Assembly: GCA_030390025.1 (NCBI GenBank)
Contig: CM059432.1
Span: 114,268,001 to 114,332,000 of the forward strand
Length of the DNA: 64,000 nucleotides
Source: Squalus acanthias
Lineage: Eukaryota
Direction of reading: 5' to 3'
This document shows, piece by piece, positions 61,935 to 64,000 of the stretch (position 1 is its first letter; each line of letters starts with the position of its first letter). Under the pieces are notes generated by a model. The model saw nothing but the letters and a program-made list of their open reading frames with translations, was not told the DNA's origin and did not search any database. A program made the translations under genes and the position numbers.

Positions 61935-62127
61935 GAATGTGCCATTTTCATTTCCCCACTCTGGCCTCTTTTGAGTGCGAGTGTCAATTTAATGCCAGTC
62001 AGGGTTTTGAAAGCCTGCCATCTAGGAATTGAGCCAAAACTTCTGAATATCGTTTCACTCAGAGTCCTTTCAACCAGCAGACAGAATTTCATTTCATCAA
62101 CTTGGGCTGAATTCAAACCTTGGATCC
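61935..62127 (-). mobile_element. Ancient SINE relic resembling LF-SINE
   Basis: Minus strand ggtttgaattcagcccaagttga..gtgaaacga..ctcaattcctagatggcagg..caaaacc..tggcattaaattgacac..agaggcca recalls the LF-SINE consensus (by memory, not aligned). Confidence 0.4.
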
Positions 62128-62194
62128 AAATGTGATATATTATATATATACTTAGCCAAATATTTCACTATGGTGAGCCAGAAAATATACCAAA

Positions 62195-62747
62195 GCAACC
62201 TTGGCATCCTATTTGACCCCGAGCTGAGCTTCTAGCTCTATGTCCTCTCCATCACCAAGACCGCCTACTTCCACCTCCATAGCATCGCTGTTTCCACCAG
62301 TGCCTCAGCTCATCTGCTGCCGAAACTCTCATTCATGTCATTGTTACTTCTAGACTCAACTATTCCAATGCTCTCCTGGCTGGCCTCTCAACTTGCACCC
62401 TCCGTAAACTTCAGCTGATCCAAAACTCTGCTGCCCGTATCCTAAGTCGCGTTCACCCATCACCCCTGTCCTCATTGACCTACATTGGCTCCCGGTCCGG
62501 CACTGCCTCAATTTTAAAAATCTCATCCTTGTTTTCAAATCTCTCAATGGCCTCACTACTCCCTATCTTTGTAACCTCCTCCAGCCCGACAACCTCCGAG
62601 ATCTCTGCGCTTCTCCAATTCTGTCGTCTTGCGTATCCTCAAATTGCTTTGCTTCACCATTGGTGGCTGTGCCTTTAAGTGCCTAGGCCCTAACCTCTGG
62701 AATTGTTTACTACGTTAAAGGCACTATATAAATACAAGTTGTTGTTG
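62195..62747 (+). mobile_element. L2 LINE 3' fragment
   Basis: NLGILFDPELSF.., VTSRLNYSNALLAGL, LQLIQNSAAR, TPVL..LHWLPV; tail aaaggcactatataaatacaagttgttg. Confidence 0.88.
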
Positions 62748-62787
62748 TAAAGTGGGACGGCTAATGTAAGTGGCAGAAAGTATAAGA

Positions 62788-64000
62788 ACTTGATTTTAAT
62801 AGCCCCGAGGAGGCGGGTTTGGACGCGGGTCGGCAGCGAAAATCAGAAAAAATGGCTTCAGACACCCAACCCGCCGCCATCCCGCCCCCCACCTGATTTT
62901 CGTGAGTGTTTGTTCAGCCGCTCCCAAACTGACCCGACTGGAACCGGTGGGACAGGTAGTTAAGGCAGTTAAGAGCTTGTTAGCTGCCTTGCTAATCCTA
63001 TTTTGATAGTGGTTTCGCATTTTCGTGCCTCTGGCTCCTGTTCCCCATCTTGTCAGAAACAGGCCAGCTGCAAGGAGACAAATTGCTGGAGGACATGATT
63101 TGTAGTAATTGGTGTAGCACTTTAAAAGCGCTCCTGTAACATGGCTGATATTCAAATGCAACAACCTTGTTGTTGGAGGTTTGGGATAAGATTTTGCAAA
63201 TCTACTGACCTTGACTGTTCAAGCTGACAGCCATCTGCAGTGTGACATGATCGGAATAATTTCAGGCCACTTCTAGTGTGCGCTTGCAAGCTTCTTACCT
63301 CAAATGAAATCTATAGCTACGGGATGGGAAACATTTATATCTTCTCATCCTAGTCGTTAGATTCGGAGGAAGAGCAGCACCACAACCAGCCACAACAGCA
63401 GAACCAGCACCAGGAGTGCCAACCTCCTCCTCACCCACCTGATGATGCACAGGGCAGAGGGCCTCAGCTCAGTGCTGCACTTTGCTGCAGGAGATACCCC
63501 CAACACAGGGTTTACAGGCAGAGGATCAGCTTCCTCAGCATGACTGAGCAGCAGTGCCAAAGGAGGCTGAGACTTTCAAGAGACGTAGTCGCTGACATCT
63601 GCACCAACACCTGGAGCCCAGAGGAGCGTGTGCACACTCCTTACCAGTGGCTGTCAAAGTCACCACCGCACTCAACTTCTTTGCTTCGGGCTCCTTCCAG
63701 GGATCAGCTGCAGAAATCAACGGCATCTCCCAGTCGGCCGCCCACACCTGCATCACGCAGGTCACCAATGCCTTCTTTGCAAAGGCCCACAATTATATCC
63801 ACTTCTCCACGGATGGCCTAAGTGTGACGGCGCGTGCGGTTGGCTTTGCCAATATGGCAGGCTTGCCAATGGAGTAGGGCGTCATTGACTGCACACATGT
63901 AACTATTAGGGTCCCCTACCAAAACCGCAAGGGATTCCACTCCCTGAATGTCCAGCTGGTGTGTAACCACCGGAAGATCATCATGCATGTTTGTGCAAAG
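62788..64000 (+). mobile_element. Harbinger element, left part; disrupted transposase from ~63324 runs off the window
   Basis: [55 protein letters not shown]; stops and frameshifts. Confidence 0.9.

Overview
Repeat-dense eukaryotic DNA. It is very probably an intronic or intergenic region of a cartilaginous fish (shark/ray); this taxon call is inferred from the repeat families. No host protein-coding gene, rRNA, tRNA or CRISPR array can be supported. Nearly all long ORFs belong to decayed mobile elements: about 12 CR1-clade LINE pieces (APE/RT), L2 3' ends, Deu-domain tRNA-SINEs, Penelope-like elements (GIY-YIG nuclease plus a minimal hammerhead-ribozyme motif) and a large PIF/Harbinger system. 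The Harbinger system comprises one near-complete two-gene element (DDE transposase convergent with a 3-exon Myb/SANT-like gene), four further transposase relics and at least 12 MITEs with GG(C/G)..GA(A/T)TTT termini and A/T-only 3-bp TSDs. Four observations stand out. (1) Short Penelope-derived insertions are perfect 85-93 bp fold-backs whose turn lies on the hammerhead catalytic core. (2) A ~145-bp near-identical CR1 3'-tail unit occurs three times, and two copies form an inverted pair around a Harbinger Myb exon. (3) Harbinger TSDs are mostly not TWA. (4) Elements are nested several levels deep. All coordinates were read by eye; ends without a TSD are approximate.
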